Origin: Sphyrna mokarran
Taxonomy: Eukaryota
Length of the DNA stretch: 64,000 nucleotides
NCBI GenBank assembly: GCA_024679065.1
Contig: JAGIQG010000001.1
Coordinates: forward strand, 118,668,001 to 118,732,000
Direction: 5' to 3'
Shown piece by piece: positions 1-13,365 of this stretch. Each line of letters begins with the position of its first letter. The first letter of the stretch is position 1. The position numbers were made by a program, and so were the translations under genes. Below the pieces are notes generated by a model. The model was not told the DNA's origin, ran no database searches, and saw only the letters and a program-made list of their open reading frames with translations.

Positions 1-175
1 CCTCAATGTTGTTAAGGAGGGAATTCCAGGATTTTGACCCAGCAACAGTGAAGGACCAGTGATCTACTGGAGTGTATGACTTGGAGGTGAACTTAGTGAT
101 GATGTTCTTGTGCATCTACTGGCCTTATCCTTTACAATAGTAGCAGTCAAGTTTTTGGAAGGTGCTATCAAAACA
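1..175 (-). mobile_element. CR1/L2-group LINE family B, 3' fragment
   Basis: Aligns by eye with 19190-19380 (gaattccaggattttgacccagcaacagtgaagga = reverse of the ...AGSKSWNSL... segment). Confidence 0.65.
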
Positions 176-1034
176 AGTTTTTAACAATCTGTTAATATTC
201 TCTTGAATAATGATTCAGCAGTAAAAGTAAGTATTAGCATAACACAGTTAGCAGCACTTTCCCTATGAATTGGATGAATGGAAACAGTTTAGTGACCCTG
301 AGACAATAATCAGGGAAGTGAATGGATATAGAATGAAATTTATCTGGGCTGAAGGGAATACCTTCTGATTTACAGGAGAGGGAATTGTTGGGGGAAAAGA
401 ATAAATAATAAATCTTGGTATCAGGATTTGTTGACAGCCAGCATTACAGAATGTTGCCTCTAGCATGTTTTTGCAGTTCCACCCACAGTGCTCATAAGAA
501 AGGGGTTTCAGAATATTGCCATAATAACAGTAAAGGAAGACAATCTAGTTCTAAATCAGGATGATATGTGACTTAGAGTCATGAGGGGAATCTTATCAAA
601 AAAAGAGTATTGTTTCCAGCAAGAAAAATTGAGGTTTTGACTCCAGATCTAACCACATTTTACCACAAAATAATACAGCTGGGCATGTTTCATATTGTCA
701 AGTTGGGAGCAGGGTCTCAACAGGCCACACTGTTGAGGTTCCTTCCCTCCAGCCCCTATCCACACAGTCAGTGCCAGCACCCTCCCCTCTCCACAAGCTC
801 CAATCATTCTGGATAACACCCCCCCCCCCGACAATGGATGTCTTTCCCCACAAACCACTACCCACACAGTAACTGCAGGCAACCCCCACCATCGCCAGCA
901 TCCCCATCTCTCACATCTGCTCCCAACAAATAATGGAACCTCCCCACCAACCTCTTCCAATGGGGCTCCTACTAGGGTTCTCTCTTGGCACTGTTCATTC
1001 CCGTGGATGGCAAGTGTTGGTTCAAGATTGTTCC

Positions 1035-1240
1035 CATAGAGTCATAGAGGCGTACAGCACAGAAAAAGACTCTTTGGCCCGTCACATCTGCACCAGTCAA
1101 GACAAACCATCTAGCCCCATTTCTCAACACTTCATCCATACCACAGCCTTGTATGCCAAATGCACAACTAAACACTTCTTAAATGATATGAGCATCTTTG
1201 TCTCCACACCCTTTCAGCAGTGAATTCCAGACTCCTACTT
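1035..1240 (-). mobile_element. CR1/HER1 LINE 3' end fragment
   Basis: catagagtcataga tail repeats plus acagcacagaaaaag...ttggccc stem typical of the HER1 tail. Confidence 0.7.
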
Positions 1241-2399
1241 GAAGGGGAACATCCAGGTGTGACCAGGAGAATAACTTTATATTCTTCCGTTCAGAAAGCA
1301 TACATCAATCACTGCTCTGTTTTGATCTATGCAAGTGGCACGAACACTATCATTTTATCAATATGCCTCCTTTGAGATATGACAGGAGAAGCTGTATCCT
1401 TCCTCAGTGCATTACAAGCAGGAGATAAGAGAAATACATTTTATGATCAATAAAATTTTTCTAAATTTATATTGAAAAATACATCAACAAATTTGAACAA
1501 GCTGAAAGAATTCTATTGTATTTTATTATTATCCACTATTTATCATTCTATTCAGATCTTAGTGTCCTGCTTCCTCCCCTTCCCTAATCAACAGGAAACC
1601 AGACAAATGTGCTCCTTCGCCTCTCTGAATAACGTCATTGATCTGACCACTGAGAAATACACTAATGGACCTGTGGTTAATCTGGCTCTCATTCGAACCT
1701 TACTTACTACAGTGATACACATTTGATGACATGAACCAACACTTCATCATCATTTGAGGAATCACAGGTGAACATCTGTGCCCTGGCATTGTACAATATC
1801 GCACTCATGTGTTGGCTCATTTGTTTCTTGTCAGAGCAATGCATTCTGCGGTTATTTTACTTTGAATAAGACATTCACAAAATAGTGCAATTCAGCAATT
1901 AATAGGTTTTTTTTAAAAATCACCACACATCATACTAGTCCTGATGGTTTTTAAGACTGCTTTCATACCCTCTGTTTTATATAAATTTAATGATTGCACT
2001 TTAATCAGTCATGAGAGCAATGTTTTTTAATTGCTGTTCTGATCAAATAATTATAGAAACAGCTGTACCTCCATGTTAAGTAAAATAACAGATGCAAGAG
2101 TGAGTATTCCACATCTGTCACATTGCTGTAAATTGCTTGCAAAATAGGTCTGTATGCAGGTGGACAGAGTCTTCAGTTCTTTTGGTTTACTCACATCCAA
2201 AACAATTTTGCAACAGAACATTAAATACAACATTTTCTAGGAATGCACTTTTTTACAAATACAATCGTTATATATCACTGATTGTTGCTGCTGTTAGAAT
2301 TGGGGCACTAGAGGTTTATACATCATCCAACAAATTACATTTATACAGCACCTTTAATGCAATATGGCAAGCTGCATAAGGACTGAGAGGGAATCCCTG

Positions 2400-2672
2400 A
2401 CTCACAGGGCCGCGGACCTACATTTGATTGCCGGCTTAGATCACTATCTGTGTGGAGTCTGCACATTCTCTCCGTGTTTGCATGGGTTTCCTTCAGTGCT
2501 TCATTGCCTCCCACAGTCCCAAAGATATGCTGATTAGGTGCACCAGCCATGCTAAATTCTCCCTCAGTGTAGCTAAATAGGCACCAGAGTGTGGCAACCA
2601 GGGAATTTTCACAGTAACTTCATTGCAGTCTAAATGTAATCCTGCTTGTGAGCAATAAATAAAATAAACTTT
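2400..2672 (+). mobile_element. HE1-type V-SINE with Rex1-like tail
   Basis: V-domain tgtgtggagtctgcacattctc...cctcccacagtcc; tail ttttcacagtaacttcattgcag...tgtga..aataaa. Confidence 0.85.
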
Positions 2673-2929
2673 AGTAAAGAAGATTGGAAAAGATAAGCTT
2701 GGACAGGGTTGAGGAAGTAGGTTTTCTGATTTATTTTTCTGAAGGTGCGAACAGATGTAAACAATAGTGTACAAAGGAGAATGGCAGGGCCATCATAACT
2801 GAAGTTTGAGCTACTGTTAATGGAATGGAAGCGAAAGGAAGGCCAGGGTGGTTGTGCACAACACTAATAGTGCAGAACAGCATTCTAATCAGTAATCTAT
2901 AAACTGCGTGTGCTGTTATATGCATTGTC

Positions 2930-3040
2930 TGAGGCCAGAACTCTCCATTCACCTGACAAAGGGGCAAATCCCGAAAGCTTGTGAGTTTACTATCAAATAA
3001 ATTAGTTAGACTTTAACCTGGTGTTGTGAGAAATCCCATA
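2930..3040 (+). mobile_element. Penelope-like terminal repeat with degenerate hammerhead motif
   Basis: cacctgacaaaggggcaaatcccgaaagcttg...aaataaa...ctttaacctggtgttgtgaga; same repeat as the terminus of the Penelope at 31890-31990. Confidence 0.75.
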
Positions 3041-3119
3041 CTTGGAAAAGCACAGGATGTAAACTCAGATTTGGGTACAAAGTATGTATACATTGGGTGC
3101 AGCAAGGTTATTGAGGAAT

Positions 3120-3310
3120 TAAAAACACAAAATGCTGGAAAAACTCAGCTGGTAAGGCAGCATCTGTGGAGAGAGAAATAGTATCGATGTTTCAAGTCCA
3201 ATACAACGCTTCTTCGGAATTCAACTCTGTTTCTCTCTGTCCTCCTATAAAAGCAAAATGGAGTGGATGCTGGAAATCCGAAATAAAAACACTGAGGCAT
3301 CTGGCGATGG
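3120..3310 (-). repeat. Short hammerhead-bearing Penelope-associated repeat (aaatgctggaaaaactcagc...gcatctgtggagagagaaa family)
   Basis: Same family recurs at about 7370-7475, 15170-15270, 16335-16460, 21505-21612, 23855-23925, 44850-44940, 45670-45785, 46215-46346 and 58570-58650. Confidence 0.75.
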
Positions 3311-4480
3311 AGTGTAGCAAAATTTGAAGGAATGGGTAAATTCAACTTTGTGTGAATTGGGTGCATGGTTTTATAGATGTACGAATTTAAGGAGCGCAAC
3401 AGAAACTCAGGATATCAACTCTTCAAAATACATGTGCTGATTTAACGGGTGAGTAATAATTCTATCATAAGAATTAAAAAGCTGATTGTACTAAAACATG
3501 TTTGCTTTCACTTTTTAAAATTAAATTAATTAAATAAAATACTAATTATCATTTCACTGGAACCCATTATTCTGGAACTGAGGCAGTGCAGAGGACTTTG
3601 GCTGTGATGACGAGTCACTCAAATGTATTAAAACAGATTACTAACAAAATTATTTAAAATAAAATAAGCCAGCTGGTACTTATGATCCCAAGTAAAAGAT
3701 ATGATGTTTGAAGTGTTATTAGACGATACAACTGTTTACCGTAGTTACCATACTGTAATGCCTTTTCAGATATTCAAAACTATGCTAAAGTATATATATA
3801 AAATTTACAAAATATGAAAATGTAGCTTATATGAATAACCAAATTAAAACTCTATTGGTATATTTAATGAATACAATTGTAGTACAGTACCACACTGACA
3901 TGGTACTAATTTTACAATGAAAATCTGAGTAGAATTCTGGTAATTTCCGAACAATAATCTATATTGCAAAGAAAATGTACTTTCTGCTGGCATTTTGCAA
4001 ACAGACACAAAAATGTTAAGTCAATTTACCTTGCACAGTGTTATGTATTTATTGTTATCTTCAAGAGAGATTTTAAACAATACGGATAACTTGCAAGGGA
4101 TAATTACAAATTTGTTTCCCCATACTTGATTTTTTTTTGTGTGACCTATTCAATACCATTACATTATCACTAATAAAACTGTCTTGTCCACTACTTTAAA
4201 AGGAACAGGAGACTGACCTATTTAGTGTTATTGCTGATTACCTTATTTTTATTTGGTTACTTTAGGAAAATGATGGATGACCTTTACCATTAGTACGATA
4301 TTCCCTATACAAATAATTGGATTTTAAAAAATAAGTTATTTGAAGCAGAGTATCTCAATTTAGCATCATTGGTGGTATAATTTTTGACTGAGAGTTTGCA
4401 TGTACCAACCTGACAAATAAAGTTATATAATTTTTAATCATAAATGAAGCAGTGTTCCTGCTGCTGACGTTTTCATACAG

Positions 4481-4650
4481 AATCTCTACAAAATAGACTG
4501 TAGCTTGACATTCCTATCCACCTGTAGCCTGACTGCATTTCCAGACAACATGTGGTCTGACGGCAGATGCAATATGATCACCATCATGTCTGTTATTTTG
4601 CTTAATCTGGAGACAGACTGGAGAGTCGAGCAGAATAACAAGATTATGAG
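4481..4650 (+). other. Candidate 170-nt exon, antisense to the putative host gene
   Basis: Branch-like ctgctgac 4461-4468, acceptor ttttcatacAG, donor GAG|GTAAGC, frame 1 open throughout. Higher GC than the AT-rich repeat-free flanks. Confidence 0.3.
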
Positions 4651-4949
4651 GTAAGCTAGTTCATTTATATATTTTTTTTTTGTTAAAATACCTTCCAAAG
4701 GGTTTAGGCCTTTTGTTCTCTCAGCCTAACTATACTAATAAGTGTAGTAATTCATGATTATGCTATAAGTTATAATAAAACTAAAATGATGCAAAGCAAA
4801 TCTTCAAAGATTGGTTTGTAGAAAAAATCCATGATGACATTCAACAAAGCTCCATTTTGCATGCATTAAAAAAAAACATTGAACAGGAATGTATAATAAT
4901 TCATTAAGGTCAGTTTAGATGTTTCAATTATTGAGTGAAGATTAAAATA

Positions 4950-5110
4950 ATGGGCTGGATTTTATACACCCCCACCAGACATTTTTACAGCAGGAGGACA
5001 CATAAAATAGGGTGGGTGCCAATCTCACCATCTTTCCACTTACTCCCAAGTTTACCTTCATAGTACAACAGGTGGGCAGGTGCCACAATTTGCACTTAAA
5101 TGATCAATGT
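4950..5110. mobile_element. Non-autonomous DNA transposon (MITE-like) terminus
   Basis: Starts gggctggattttat. Similar GG..GGATTTT/AAAATCC termini at 23928-24113, 24775, 25435, 28602-28727, 30535, 41510-42065, 52245-52322 and 56675. Confidence 0.45.
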
Positions 5111-5389
5111 AACTTATCAACAAGCTAACAAAGTAGAATCCCAATTTAATACAGCCTACATGCATGCCAAAATGTGGAAGTGGCATGATAGAGAAAATAA
5201 AATAATAGCACCAATAACAAATGCAATCAAAGCTCTGCAGACCTGCCATGTTCAGTCACAAATGCTGGTTGATAATTAAGCAACTAACCAGAGGAGCGAA
5301 CTCCATCAACATTCTAGCTTCAATAATTGGGACGACCAGCGCAAAAAAACAAGACTGAAGCATTTCCAATCATCTGCAGCCTGAAATTT

Positions 5390-6315
5390 TGAATGGATGA
5401 TCCATTGTGATCCCTTCCTGAGGTCCCCAACATCACAGATATTGAACTTCAGCCAATTTGTTTTACTCCCCACGACAACAAGAAACAGCTGAAGATACTT
5501 GATACAGCAGAGGTCAAGTGCTCTAACAGCATCCTAGGTGTAATATTGAAGACTTGTGCTTCAGAATTAGCCACCTTTCTAGAAAGGCTAATTTCTAGAG
5601 ATATTAAGTTTCTCTAGATACAATACAGTTGTAACACTGACACGAGATACACCCAACAACACAGAACATTTCCCAAGTATGTTTCTTCCATAGAAAGCAA
5701 GATAAATCCAATCCAGCCAATTACTGTCCCAAGAGTCATCTGGAATCATCAGCAAAATTATGGTAGGTATTTTTGACAGAGCAGTCAAGCAGCGATAACC
5801 TACTGAATGCTGCTCAGCTTGGGTTCCGCAGAGGTCAGTTGGCTCCAGACCATAATTCAAACATGGACAAAAGGGCTGAATTTCAGAGATGAGCTGAGAG
5901 TGACAGATTTCCTTTGTTATCATGTCAACATTTAGTCAAGTGCGGCATCCATGACTGCTAGAAAAATGGAAGTCAATGAGAATCAAAGGAGAAAGGTCCT
6001 ACCAGCTGGAGCATTCCAAGCTCAAAGGAATGGCTGTGGCTGTTAGATGCTAATCGTGTGAATTCCAGAAGTTCCTAGGTAGTGTTCCGCTATGACAGGG
6101 TTGGAAATTCCCAGCCTATATTGCTATTCCTTCATTATCACTGGGTCAAAAGTCTGGCACTCCCTTCCTTACAGCACTTTGGTTCCAACTTCACCAGAAG
6201 GACTGCAAGAATCCAAACAACCTGTTCAACAACACTTCCCAAGGAGAACATGGGGCTGGGTGACAAGACTGGCCTTGCCAGCAATACCTAACCCAAGAAT
6301 GCATAAAAAGAAAAC
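5390..6315 (+). mobile_element. CR1/L2-group LINE family B, decayed ORF2 (RT) with internal deletion and 3' tail
   Basis: Translatable remnants resembling PEVPNITD..QPI.FTP.D.KK.LK.LDT, LKTCASELA, NPANY.P, Q.GFR.G, and an SKVW.SLP C-terminus, then tail ggccttgccagcaat...aaaa. Confidence 0.75.
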
Positions 6316-6346
6316 ATTAAGCCCAAGCAAAGATGTGTCGAGTTTG

Positions 6347-6868
6347 AGAACATAGGAACTAGGAGCAAGAGTCGGCCGTCTGGCCCCTTGAGCCCACCAT
6401 TAAATAAAATTGTGGCTGCTCTTTTCATAGATTCAGCTTTACTTAATTCCTTTACTATTCAAAAATGTATCTAACCTTGCCTTAAAAACATTCAACGAGG
6501 AAGCCTGTTTCATTGGACAGAGAATTCCACAGATTCACAACTCTTTGGGTGAAGAAGTTCCTCCTCAACTTAGCCCTAAATCTGCTCCTCCTTATTTTGA
6601 AGCTATGTCCCCTAGTTCTGGTTTCCCGTGCAGGTAGAATCAATCTCCCTCCTTCTATTTTATCTATTCCTTTCATAGTTTTATATGTTTTTATAAAGAC
6701 CCTTCCTCATTCTTCTAAATTCCAATGTGTATAGTCCCAGTCTACTCAGTCTCTCCTCATAAGCAACCCTGTCAACTCCAAAATCATCTCAGTGAATCTC
6801 GTCCGAACTCCCTTCAGTGCCAAAATATACTTTCTCAAATAAGGAGACCAAAACTGTACACAGTACTG
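6347..6868 (-). mobile_element. CR1/HER1 LINE 3' fragment
   Basis: ORF 6482-6676 TRTRGHSFKIR..FRAKLRRNFFTQRVVNLWNSL is the CR1 ORF2 C-terminus. Confidence 0.9.
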
Positions 6869-7484
6869 TTAGTTGTTCAACATTGACTGTCTATGAAGCT
6901 ACTATAAATCTGCTTATTTTATTACAAATAAAACCTCACACTCTTTTAATTTTCTTTTCAAGTTATGATTTGCATTGCAACCGAGGAAAAGAGTCTATAA
7001 AGTTAAAATAACCTCTCTTCATTTATGAATTCTAAATGCTTCCCTTCACTATAATAAAGGTTGCTCAATGTTACAACCCAATGTGCTACTCGGTTTGCAA
7101 ATTCTCAGGTTTATTAGTAAGTGAATGGATCCCAATTAGGATGATAACATAGGTAATGATGCCTCTTGAAACATCCTCATTAATAAGACAGCAACTTTTT
7201 CAATAAATTGCATAGCATGAAAATATTCCAAGTAATGCCTTTCAGATTATTTACCAAGTGTTGCCTTACTTGATTCTTATGAAAGGAGTAAACCAATAAC
7301 AAAATAATAGAAATTTCAGGGGATGTAGCAACCTATCTTTCTGCCTATGTCTATACATGGTTTATTGATATGACTCTTCTTCAAAGCAATTTGGACTCGA
7401 AACGCTAAGTCTATTTCTCTCTCCATTCAAGCTGCCAACCTGCTGAGTTTTTCCAGCATTTTCTAGTTTTTGTTTTAATTACAT

Positions 7485-7850
7485 GTAACCTTCTCTTACA
7501 AAATCCATGATAAATGTCTTCGATTAATCCATACTTTTCTAAATAATGATTAATATTCTAGCAACAAATGTTTTTCGGATAATTTATCCAATACCTAAGT
7601 TAAGCTGACAGGTACACAAGTGTGTTGCTTTCTTTCTTTTTAAAAAGTATAACATTAGCAGTTCCTCCAATTCTCCAGTATCATCCCTGTAGCAAAATTG
7701 CTCGTCAGAGTATCTGCTACCTCCTCCCTTACTTCTCTTAACAATCTGGGATACATTTCACTGAGGCCAGGCAATTTATCTATTTTCAAAGATACTGAAT
7801 CACTTAATATTTCCTTTCTCAGTATGTTTAATTTTTCAGTCTTTGTTAAC
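7485..7850 (-). mobile_element. CR1 LINE internal ORF2 fragment
   Basis: KIDKLPGLSEMYPRLLREVREEVADTL..ENWR matches the CR1 KSPGPD.IYPR.L.E motif. Confidence 0.8.
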
Positions 7851-8662
7851 CATACTGAATATAAATCCCAAAACATTTAACAATTTGTGCCAAAATTATA
7901 ACTCCTTCATCTCAGTGGGCCGCAAGATTGAAATCAAGCTTGTTCACTAACCATGATCCCATGAATAGGATTAAATATATTTGGGGATGAGAAGGGGGAG
8001 GTGCTGGTGGGGTCATGTAATATGAGCATGGGAATTGTTGCGGTTCCACGAATTCTGGCATCTTTTAATCCTTTCATTTTTCCTGATGTACAACCCATAA
8101 ATACCTAATCTTGGAGTGGAAACTCCATATTGTGTCGCTGGATGATTTCTGGTTAAGTTTAGGGACAAAGTACTGAATAAAGTAATCAAAGTCTTCGATG
8201 GAAAGAAGCAGTCAGAATCAACCAGAGTGGAATTGAACCCTTAATATGATGATTTGGTCAGTGAATGGATTCTCGACTCAGCAATGTCAAAGATGTTGTA
8301 GATGATTACTATCAATATGGTTAGGTTATGGATTACAAACTCAGCTTTTTGGCACAGAGTTTCAGCGCTCACATTGTTGAATTGCAGAGTACCGATAAGA
8401 ACATTTATGAAGCAAAGGTAAGAATCCTTACTATCAAGAATGCAGCTTTCTCAGTTGAGGCCTGCTTTCGATCCTTGGAAAATCAGCTAAATTGTATGTC
8501 AAATATCCTGATCAATCTGGAGAGTCGGGGCCAGAGAACCTGCTTTCCAGAAGGAACTGAAGATGAGCTCCCAGTTAACGTTTTGAAACTGGCTACCACA
8601 TTTTCTACATCTCAACACAAAAGCTAGGCATATTAATCTTGAAGAGGCACATTGAATGCTGT

Positions 8663-9445
8663 TTGAGGTGATGCATTTTGGTAGACTGAATCAGGGCAGG
8701 ACTTTACTCAGTTAATGGTAAGGCATTGAGGAGAATTACCAAAAAGAAATCCAGGGGTACAACTTCATGGCTCCTTGAAAGAGGAGTCTCAGGTGGACAG
8801 AATGGCAAAGGCATTCAGCATGCTTGGTTTCATTGGTCAGAACATTGAATACAGAGTTGAGATGTCTTGTTGAAGTTGTACAAGTCATTGGTAAGGCCAT
8901 ACATTGGAATACTGTGTATAGTTCTGGTCACCCTATTGGAGAAAGGTTTTTATTAAACTAGAAAGAGTGCAGTAAAGATTTACTAGGATGCTACCAGGAT
9001 GTGATGGTTTGAATTAAAAGGAGAGGCTGAATAGACTGGCACCTTTTTCTTTGGAACTTAGAAGACTGAGGGACGATCTTATAGAAGTCTATAAAATAAT
9101 GAGGGGCACAGGTCAGCTAGATAGTCAATATCTTTTCCCAAAGGTAGGAGAGTCTAAAACTAGAAGGTATAGGTTTAAGGTGAGAGGGAAGAGATACCAA
9201 AGTGTCCAGAGGGGCAATCTTTTCACCATAGGGTGGAGGGTGTCTGGAACAAATCGCCAGAGGTAACGGTAGAGACAGATACAATTTTGTCATTTAACAA
9301 GTATTTCAACAGTTACATGGGTAAGATGAGTACAGAGAGACATGGGTCAAATGTGGGCAATTGGGATTAGTTTAGGAGTTTAAGAAAAGGTGGCATGGAC
9401 AAGTTGGGCTGAAGGGCCTATTTCCATGCTGTAAACCTCTGACTC
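8663..9445 (+). mobile_element. CR1/HER1 LINE, 5'-truncated
   Basis: LRRLRDDLIEVYKIMRG...LFPKVGESKTRRYRFKVRG; tail gggctgaagggcctatttccatgctgt. Confidence 0.9.
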
Positions 9446-9784
9446 TGAGGTCTGACCACTGGCCAATAATCATGTATTTTCATAGCTTCCATTGCAATAG
9501 GTTTTGATGAGGCTGTAAAGTGTCTGATAGCTATGTGAATGCAGTTTGCCCTGCTTTCTCCTGAGGGTAACATCTGATAGATCCTTAAGGCTGTTCAACA
9601 ATCCTACAACGGCTTTGACTTCTCTAATCTCTGTTCAGGAGTCATAATCCTAATCCTAGAATTTACCCCGTGTCACTGAACTCTTTTTTTTGACTTTGTG
9701 ATGTTATTTATCATGTTAACAGGGATGAGCTAGTATATGAGGCAAATTTCATCTGTTACCTCTGAGAACCAGGGACTTTCATTT

Positions 9785-10104
9785 GGGCAGCATGGTGACA
9801 CAGTGGTTAGCACTACTGCCTTACAGTGCCAGGGACCTGGGTTCAATTCCCAACTGGGATCACTATCTGTATAGAGTTTGCATATTCTCCCCATGTCTGC
9901 TTGGGTTTCCTTGTGTTCCAATTTCCTCCCACAGTCCAAAGATGTGCAGGTTAAGTGGATTGGCTATGCTAAATTTCTCTTTAGTGTCAGGGAGATTAGC
10001 TAGGGTAAATACGTGACACTATGGGGGATAGGATCGGGGTGGGATTGTGATTAGCGCAAACTCAGGAACTGAATAGCCTCCATCTGCACTATTGGATTCT
10101 ATGA
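9785..10104 (+). mobile_element. Full-length HE1 V-SINE, CR1/HER1 tail
   Basis: tRNA head with A box (tgacacagtgg) and B box (ggttcaattcc), V-domain, tail gaatagcctccatctgcact..gattctatga. Confidence 0.9.
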
Positions 10105-12284
10105 ATGCATCGGTACACATCTGATTCCACTATATCCTCATTCTGCAAGGGAAACTACATTGTTTTCTGGTCCTGTTGTCAAAATTGAATTCTTGTGGTT
10201 CAATATCCTTGAAGAATTTGAAAGTGTTGGGAAGTGTGCTGGAAAGGTTCCATGGCAATGGAGGTGTGTGATATCTATCTGTCTTTTGTTAAAATCATTG
10301 CATTTATAATGATGGCACACCCAATGTGGTATCCCTTACTCTGGTCATGGCTAATATCAATGGGTGGGTGGGGTGGCTGTGGGTATGACCCAGGTCTTCA
10401 CAGCTAGTAAGGAAAATCACCTTTGAGCTAGAGCTGCTGTAAAGTTTGTTTCTGTACTTTTGTTATTTTGCAGTCAAAGAATCTCTGACAGATTCCTGTA
10501 AATGTTCAGATAGAACACATATCCTGGGAAAAGATAGTTTTGTATTTTTGGCATCCCAATAGAGCTATAGAAGGGGGAAGTATGCTTTGGTGCATGTCTA
10601 AGTGTAAAATGAGAATTTTTGGCTGATCATCATTTCTTTACCTGTGTCAAAATTGTATGTTCTCCTTGGCTGAATATGCAATGACTGTAGTTATCTTGAA
10701 AATTCTGGAATGTTACATGGCTGTCTCTAGCTATAAGTGAAGGCATGTACCTTCATGCCATGTACTCAAAGCTTTATATTGTTTCCCCCCCAATCTCTGA
10801 AATATCCTTTCATTGTTTGTTCTTTGGAGGCACCATTTGTAATAAGTAAGCAGAACCAACTGGGTTGGTGCTCTCTTGTCTCTGTCTGTTTGTAGATGTG
10901 GAAAAATGATTATGCTGTACTGTACCAATCTTGAGGGTTTGTTACTTTTTTATAAAAATAGGAAAACATCTTCAATAAAAATATATTTTTAAAAGATTGT
11001 ATACATTTAATGCATGCTGAATATTTCATAGGGTTAAAAGAAAATGTTTCATCATTTATATATTAATAGAACTATCATTGACTTCTAATGGTAAAAACAA
11101 ATATTTATGCTTTAGACGCAGAGGGAACACACGGCCCTCATAGTCAATGTCGTGTACTTCACTTCCCTTGCTTTACGCGTGTATCACTTCAGTTATACCA
11201 GTAGGAGAAAAATTACCCGGACGGAAATCAGCTGAATGTGACAACCCTATACATGGCAGCGGTCAACAAAACCCAGATTGGCCAAATGTGGCCCCGGGTT
11301 GCACCTTGGTAACTACTGAGCTGGACCAATAAGAAAGTGTCTCGCTTCCCCCTTTCCATTTGTTAGTTGTAATGGTGATAAGAGAAATGTGTTTTAACAG
11401 CCTCAATTCAGTTCATTGTGGAGATGTGGTCCAGAACACAAACCTTGCCCTTTTCACACAAATGAACAATCTTATTCAAGAGGACTATAACGATCTTTAC
11501 TATAGAAGTGAATGCATTCCCGGGGCTCAAAATAAACATTTATTTGAGCCCCAGGAATGCATACACTTCTACAGTAAAGATCTTTATAGCCTTCTTGAAC
11601 AAGATTGTTCATTTGTGTTATTAAGGCAAAGAGATCAAGACTGATTTGCATTTCTCCGCGTTACATATTTAGTTTTTGCCCAGAACTTAGTCGCATCAGA
11701 AAACGTAATATTTTACCCAGTACTGATCACACGTGGATAACAGTGGTATTACATCCTTGACCAAGTGAGATCTGTTGCTTTTATCGCCCGCACTGTCATC
11801 ATTTTCACAGGTTGTCGTATTGAAGCAGTCAAGTCCCAGAGAAAAATAATCTTAACTGAAAGCTGAAGAGGCCAATGAGAAGACCATTAACCAGGGTTGC
11901 GGTCAAGAGCGGGGAGTCAGTTCCTTTCAGGATTAGAGCGGATACACATTTCTACTATGCTATGCACAGGGATAATAAAACAGTGAATGCAAATCAAGTT
12001 GTTCACAACAGCATTATTTCTGTATTTATCCAGTGTTTCCATGAGCTAAAAAATTACTGCACTCCATCTCCTATATTCGTGACTTGCTATCACCTACCAA
12101 ATGTTCATTCTGCACGATCATCATGAGTCAGAAGCAATAGGGTTATCAGCAGATGTGTCAGGAGCAATGGTTAAGAGACATAGGGCCATAACACTGCGCG
12201 ATGCACAAACCTCAGGATACCTTCTTACTACACACCAACTGCTATGGACTAGCACTGATGAGCAAAATGGAATGGAAAGATGAT

Positions 12285-12745
12285 CATAAGAAATGAGCAG
12301 GATCAACGCTCACGTCTGGTCTAATAATGGCCTTATCTCCACTTGCCTGCCTGTCTCTAACTCTTAACTCACCTGTCAATCAAAACTGTCTCACAGCCTT
12401 CAATGAACCTGGAAGAGAATTTCAAACACTAACAGCCCTCCGAGAAAAGTTATTGCTCATCTGTTTTAAATAAAAGACTCCTAAATTTTAAAATCCACCC
12501 TTCAGTTCTAAAATGGCCCATGAGAGGAAGCATCCTTCCAGAATCTACTTTGTCAAGTCCTCTTAAAATCTTAAATATTTCAATAAATTCACCCCTCATT
12601 CTTCCAAATCCTAAAATATCGGCCTAACTGCTCAACTTTCCCCGATAAGACAAAATCTTCATCCCATAAATCAGTCCAATGAACTTATTCTGAAATGTTC
12701 CAATGTAACTACATCCCCTTTGAGACCAATTCTGCACACGGTACA
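12285..12745 (-). mobile_element. Old CR1 3' fragment, followed by an HE1 tail (12770-12870, +)
   Basis: cataagaaat tail and typical antisense CR1 pattern, ending accaattctgcacac (CAELV/CVQFW region). Confidence 0.7.
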
Positions 12746-13365
12746 GGAAGTGTGGTCTCACTGTAGCTGTGGGAGCAAGACTTGGGGTCTTGGGTATGGT
12801 GCTCTATCGGTAATTTGGTGCAGACTCGATGGGCTGAATGGCCTCCTTCAGCCCTGCAGGGATTCTACGAACATTATACTTCACCTGCCATTTTTCTTTC
12901 GGTCATTCACTTAACATATAAACGATGCCGAAAATAATTTTGTAACGTTACTTCTCATAATACATCAGAGCAGTTTGCCCAAACTGTCATGTGTAATAAA
13001 TAGTTTAATTTAATCCCAAAAACAAAGATGCCAAATTTTCTAAACTATCTTTATTCAGTGTTGAAGAGCAGGGAATAACTACTTGGACTGAGAAAAGGCA
13101 CTCTGCTATTTGGTTATGTTATGCTCTGTGTGTGTGTCTGAACAGGGAATAGATGTCAACCTGCAAGCCTGAATCCAGTCAGCACAAGCACCTGCTTGAG
13201 TCTGTACACACTCCTGCCACTGCACACACTTCACTTGTCCGCTGGCTCGAAGGGAAACAGAAACCACCGAGGGTAAATCTGGAAGACGGTATTTTCCACC
13301 CCCACGAATTCCTCTCTTTTTAAATCCTCCCGTACATCGGTGGTGGAGTACTCCAAAAGATTTGG

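Larger units (their letters stand above)
8200..10995 (+). mobile_element. Heavily decayed L1-like LINE (ORF1 remnant, A-rich 3' end), split by CR1 and HE1 insertions
   Basis: ORF 8328-8627 is coiled-coil-like then NLESRGQR..FPEGTE; a shifted frame gives NWLPHFL...LEEAH and resumes after the CR1 (about 9450) as PIIMYFH. Ends ttcaataaaaatatattttt. Confidence 0.55.

Noticed and set aside
1700-1780. Possible minus-strand exon 2 ending at a GTAAGT donor
   Set aside because: No pyrimidine-rich acceptor and no recognisable peptide.
9783-10016. Recurrent small ORFs with WLALLPHSARD / DCGRKLEH motifs suggesting a gene family
   Set aside because: Translations of the HE1 SINE on either strand.
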